Source: an uncultured Gammaproteobacteria bacterium (GTDB lineage Bacteria; Pseudomonadota; Gammaproteobacteria; Ga0077536). Taken from it: a stretch of 64,000 bases of DNA. Each line of letters begins with the position of its first letter. Position 1 is the stretch's first letter. Of the stretch, positions 60,763-64,000 are shown one piece after another. The stretch covers positions 4,401 through 68,400 of the forward strand of contig CALSND010000004.1 of the NCBI GenBank assembly GCA_943787625.1, read 5' to 3'. A program made the position numbers and the translations under genes. The notes beneath the pieces were generated by a model that did no database searches, was not told where the DNA came from, and worked only from the letters and a program-made list of their open reading frames with translations.

Positions 60763-62196
60763 ATGAGTTATGGGATTTTATCGTTTGGCGCTTACGTGCC
60801 TGCATTACGATTAGATAGAAAAGCAATTTTTGGAGCAGTGGGTTGGGCCGCGCCGAATCTTCGAGCTCTGGCTTCAGGTGAGAGAACCGTGGCAAATTGG
60901 GACGAGGATTCTATTACAATGGCCGTTGAGGCCGGTTTAGATTGTCTTAGCGACGTCAGCTCGAAAGTTGATCACGTCAGTATGATTTCGACTACCTTTC
61001 CTTTCGCAGATCGCTCTAACAGCGGATTGATTGCGGATGCTCTAAACTTGGGTACCGATGTCGGAACTGAGGATCTAGCGGGAAGTCGTCGAGCTGCTAC
61101 CAGTGGCCTCAGTCGGGCTTTAAAGAACGGGGTGTCAAGTAACTTATTGATTGCAAGTGACTGCCGTGAAGCGAAGCCTGCCAGTGCGCAAGAAATGTCC
61201 TATGGTCATGGAAGCGGTGCATTGCTCTTAGGTGAAGGCGAGCCCATCGCTGAATTTCTTGGCGGCGCCTCGGAGCATGAGGATTTAGTTGATCAATATC
61301 GTTCTACCGGAAGTGACTACGACTATAGCCTCGAAGAACGATGGGTGCGAGAAGAAGGTTGGTTGAAAATCGCACCCGCGGCTATGGCTAACGCGGCGAC
61401 TGCAGCGAATGTAAAGTTGTCGGACATTGATCACTTTGTGGTACATGGGGCTACAGGTGCGATGAAAGGTTTGGCTAAGACGATTAAAGTCGACCTTTCT
61501 CGTTTTGAAGATAACTTAGCGTCGTCTTGCGGGGATACTGGGGCTGCTCATCCGTTTTTAATGCTTGCCAGTTCACTAGAAAAGGCCAGTCCCGGAGAGA
61601 CTATCATGCTGGTTGGTTTTGGTCAGGGGGTTGATGCAGTTGTTATCAAAACGACCTCCGCACTCATCGGTATGCGTGCCAAGAAAGGCCTCAAGAAATT
61701 TATGGAACGACGCCGGTTGACTGAAAACTATACTTTCTATTTGTCACTGAGAGAACGACTGGGTTTGGATTTTGGTTTGCGTGCGGAACGTGATAACAGG
61801 ACTGCTCTCTCTGCATACTATCGAAAGAGACGGGATATTAATTCGATGATAGGAGGAAGATGCTCCAAATGTAACGCGCTTCAATACCCTCTGAGTATAG
61901 TATGCGTAAGCTGCGGAGCTAGTGGTACACAGAGTGAAGAGACTTTATCCACTAAACTTGGCAGAGTTAAATCATTTACTGAGGATTGGCTAGCGTATAC
62001 TCCTTCTCCCCCGTGCATATATGGTAATGTAGAATTTGATGGGGGAGCGAATGTGATGCTCGAATTTACTGATTTCGAGTCTGGTAGTGTCTCGGTTGGA
62101 GATGTGGTTCGGTTAGTGTATAGAGTAAAAGATCGCGATGATAAACGAAATTTTCATCGGTATTTTTGGAAACCTGCGCCTGTGATAAGCGCGTAA
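60763..62196 (+). CDS. fusion protein: HMG-CoA-synthase/KAS-III-like domain + DUF35 (zinc ribbon + OB fold)
   Basis: N-terminal GILSFGAYVP...ANWDEDSITMAVEAG and GHGSGALLLGE resemble HMGCS-like condensing enzymes. The C-terminal CSKCNALQYPLSIVCVSCGA plus an OB-like tail is the DUF35 architecture. 477 aa. Confidence 0.7.
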   Translation: MSYGILSFGAYVPALRLDRKAIFGAVGWAAPNLRALASGERTVANWDEDSITMAVEAGLDCLSDVSSKVDHVSMISTTFPFADRSNSGLIADALNLGTDVGTEDLAGSRRAATSGLSRALKNGVSSNLLIASDCREAKPASAQEMSYGHGSGALLLGEGEPIAEFLGGASEHEDLVDQYRSTGSDYDYSLEERWVREEGWLKIAPAAMANAATAANVKLSDIDHFVVHGATGAMKGLAKTIKVDLSRFEDNLASSCGDTGAAHPFLMLASSLEKASPGETIMLVGFGQGVDAVVIKTTSALIGMRAKKGLKKFMERRRLTENYTFYLSLRERLGLDFGLRAERDNRTALSAYYRKRRDINSMIGGRCSKCNALQYPLSIVCVSCGASGTQSEETLSTKLGRVKSFTEDWLAYTPSPPCIYGNVEFDGGANVMLEFTDFESGSVSVGDVVRLVYRVKDRDDKRNFHRYFWKPAPVISA

Positions 62197-62214
62197 ATGT
62201 AAAGGATTCTAGTT

Positions 62215-63417
62215 ATGGCTAAAGGTATCAAGGATAAAGTCGCAATTATTGGTATGGGTTGTACGCGCTTTGGCGAGAGATGGGACTGTGGGCCTGAAGA
62301 GTTAATGGTTGAGGCTTTTTCAGAAGCGTTAAGTGATTCTGGCGTGGCTAGGGAACAAATCGAGATGGCTTGGCTTGGGTTATTTATGCAAGAGCAAAGT
62401 GCAGGTAAATCAGGATTGCCCCTTAGTATGTCCCTTAGGTTACCCAATATTCCCGTTACGAGAGTGGAGAATATGTGCGCTACAGGCACAGAAGCGTTGC
62501 GCGGAGCTGTCTACGCGGTCGCGGCGGGAGCCTGCGATGTTGCCATGGCAGTCGGAGTAGAAAAATTAAAAGACACGGGATATCCCGGATTGCCAGAACG
62601 GAGTAAAGGTACATTCGATGATCTCTGGCTCCCAAATGCAACTGCCCCTGGCGCTTTCGCGCAATTGGCAAGTGCTTATCGGGCAAAGCACAAGTGCGAC
62701 GCAAGTGACCTAAAAAGGGCAATGGCTCACGTATCTGTGAAAAGTCATGCTAATGGCGTGTTAAATCCGAAGGCACATTTGAGACGGGAGATCACCGAGG
62801 AACAGGCGATGAACGCTCCGATGATTGCAGCGCCTTTAGGTTTATATGACTGCTGTGGCGTCAGTGATGGCGCGGCATGTGCGATAGTCACAAGCGTCGA
62901 AAAAGCCAAGGAAATGGGTATAACTGATATGGTTACTGTTAAGGCTATGCAGTTAGCTCCCAGTAATGGGTTTGAAATGTCTACGACTGGCTGGGATGGG
63001 AGTTACTTGGAGACTACACGAATTGCGGCCGGACGTGCTTACCAAGAAGCGGGAATCAAAAATCCTGATAAAGAGCTTAACATGACCGAAGTGCATGATT
63101 GTTTCTCGGTGACTGAACTTGTGGTGATGGAAGACCTCGGGCTGTGCGACGAGGGACGAGGGATAAATGCTGTTTTGGACGGGAAGTTTGACAAAGATGG
63201 ACAAGTGCCGTGTCAAATTGATGGGGGGCTTAAGTGCTTTGGGCATCCTATAGGTGCGAGTGGTTTGCGAATGGCGTATGAGATATATTTGCAATTGCAA
63301 GGCCGAGCCGGCGAGCGACAGTTAAATAGCCCAACTATGGGGCTGACTCATAATTTAGGTGGACACCCCTTTCGCAATGTAGCTAGTGTGTCGGTTTTCG
63401 GATTGCATGCTGCATAA
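62215..63417 (+). CDS. SCP-x/Ltp-type thiolase-family protein
   Basis: 400 aa. VENMCATGTEALRGA (nucleophilic Cys context), GLKCFGHPIGASGL, and NLGG near the C-terminus. Confidence 0.8.
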   Translation: MAKGIKDKVAIIGMGCTRFGERWDCGPEELMVEAFSEALSDSGVAREQIEMAWLGLFMQEQSAGKSGLPLSMSLRLPNIPVTRVENMCATGTEALRGAVYAVAAGACDVAMAVGVEKLKDTGYPGLPERSKGTFDDLWLPNATAPGAFAQLASAYRAKHKCDASDLKRAMAHVSVKSHANGVLNPKAHLRREITEEQAMNAPMIAAPLGLYDCCGVSDGAACAIVTSVEKAKEMGITDMVTVKAMQLAPSNGFEMSTTGWDGSYLETTRIAAGRAYQEAGIKNPDKELNMTEVHDCFSVTELVVMEDLGLCDEGRGINAVLDGKFDKDGQVPCQIDGGLKCFGHPIGASGLRMAYEIYLQLQGRAGERQLNSPTMGLTHNLGGHPFRNVASVSVFGLHAA

Positions 63418-63503
63418 GGATCATACAAATCCTTATGTAGATTTAATTTTCCCGGTTCGAGACAATGAGTCCTAAATAAACTTGCTTTTGTTGGAGAGAG
63501 AAT

Positions 63504-64000
63504 ATGAACGCTTACAGATCACCTTGGATGACCGAAGATCACGATATGTATCGAGATGGAGTTCGTAAGTTTCTTGAGTCTGAATTTTTGCCGCAAAGGG
63601 ACCATTGGGTTGAGCAAGGTTACCCTGAGAAAGAATATTGGAAAAAAGCGGGTGAAATGGGCCTTCTTTGCCCTGACGTCCCAGCAGAGTATGGCGGTGG
63701 TGGTGGGGATTTCGGCTTTGATGTGATTACTTATGAAGAATTATTGAGGCTATGTATTTCAAGTTTTGGTAATGGGATACAAAGCATAGTTGCTCATTAT
63801 ATTGTCAAATATGGCACCGAGGAACAAAAGCATCGCTGGTTACCGGGTATGGCGTCAGGCGATATAATTACATCAATTGCAATGACTGAGCCTGGCACAG
63901 GTTCAGATCTGCAGTCGATCACAACTAAGGCTGTTAGGGACGGCGACGAATACTGTACTCAACGGTTCTAAAATATTTATCACGAATGGCTACAACGCGA
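63504..64000 (+). pseudogene. acyl-CoA dehydrogenase, 3' end beyond the window, with a 1-nt frame disruption near 63951 (pseudogene or sequencing error)
   Basis: MTEPGTGSDLQS motif. The frame stops at 63969-63971 after ...DGDEYCTQRF. Removing the t at about 63951 gives ...DGDEYVLNGSKIFITNGYNA, a canonical ACAD middle-domain sequence, which continues to the window edge. Confidence 0.8.

Noticed and set aside
1-64000. Scan for CRISPR arrays, tRNA/rRNA genes, IS elements, integrases, toxin-antitoxin pairs, restriction-modification or other defence systems.
   Set aside because: I found no direct-repeat arrays, no cloverleaf-like or rRNA-like segments, and no transposase, recombinase, nuclease, methylase or ATPase-nuclease gene pairs. 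Every sizeable ORF is accounted for by metabolic or envelope functions.

Overview
This is a gene-dense 64-kb chromosomal segment with about 58 protein-coding genes. It looks Gram-negative and moderately AT-rich. The DUF1302/DUF1329/BNR/RND outer-membrane cluster and the beta-barrel outer-membrane proteins suggest a marine gammaproteobacterium, but that is inference only. I found no rRNA, tRNA, CRISPR array, transposase, integrase, phage or recognisable defence genes. I also found no recognisable DNA-binding transcription factor.

The window is dominated by acyl-CoA chemistry:
- one acyl-CoA ligase (5' truncated by the window edge)
- two thiolase-type enzymes
- six acyl-CoA dehydrogenase (ACAD) family genes
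- four family-III CoA-transferases
- two crotonases
- two MaoC hot-dog hydratases
- two short-chain dehydrogenases (SDRs)

The most notable feature is a complete coenzyme F420 biosynthesis operon, cofE-cofD-cofC-fbiC, at 31.5-36.3 kb. It lies within reach of six luciferase-like (LLM) oxidoreductase paralogues, several of which resemble F420-dependent subfamilies. Other systems worth a second look:
- a 9-gene minus-strand operon combining an APH-type kinase with a translationally coupled ACAD pair (22.6-31.3 kb)
- an acetone-carboxylase-like three-subunit ATP-dependent enzyme (49.2-54.2 kb)
- an HMG-CoA-synthase-like::DUF35 fusion next to an SCP-x-type thiolase (60.8-63.4 kb)
- a DUF1302/HEAT/DUF1329/RND/BNR envelope cluster (2.8-12.8 kb)
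- a His-rich secreted protein paired with a His/Met-rich outer-membrane barrel (57.7-59.4 kb)

At least 13 genes carry single-base frame disruptions. One peptide transporter gene is heavily degraded. This is either real gene decay or an indel-prone assembly, and it must be resolved before any functional inference. All family assignments come from motif recognition by eye; no searches were run.
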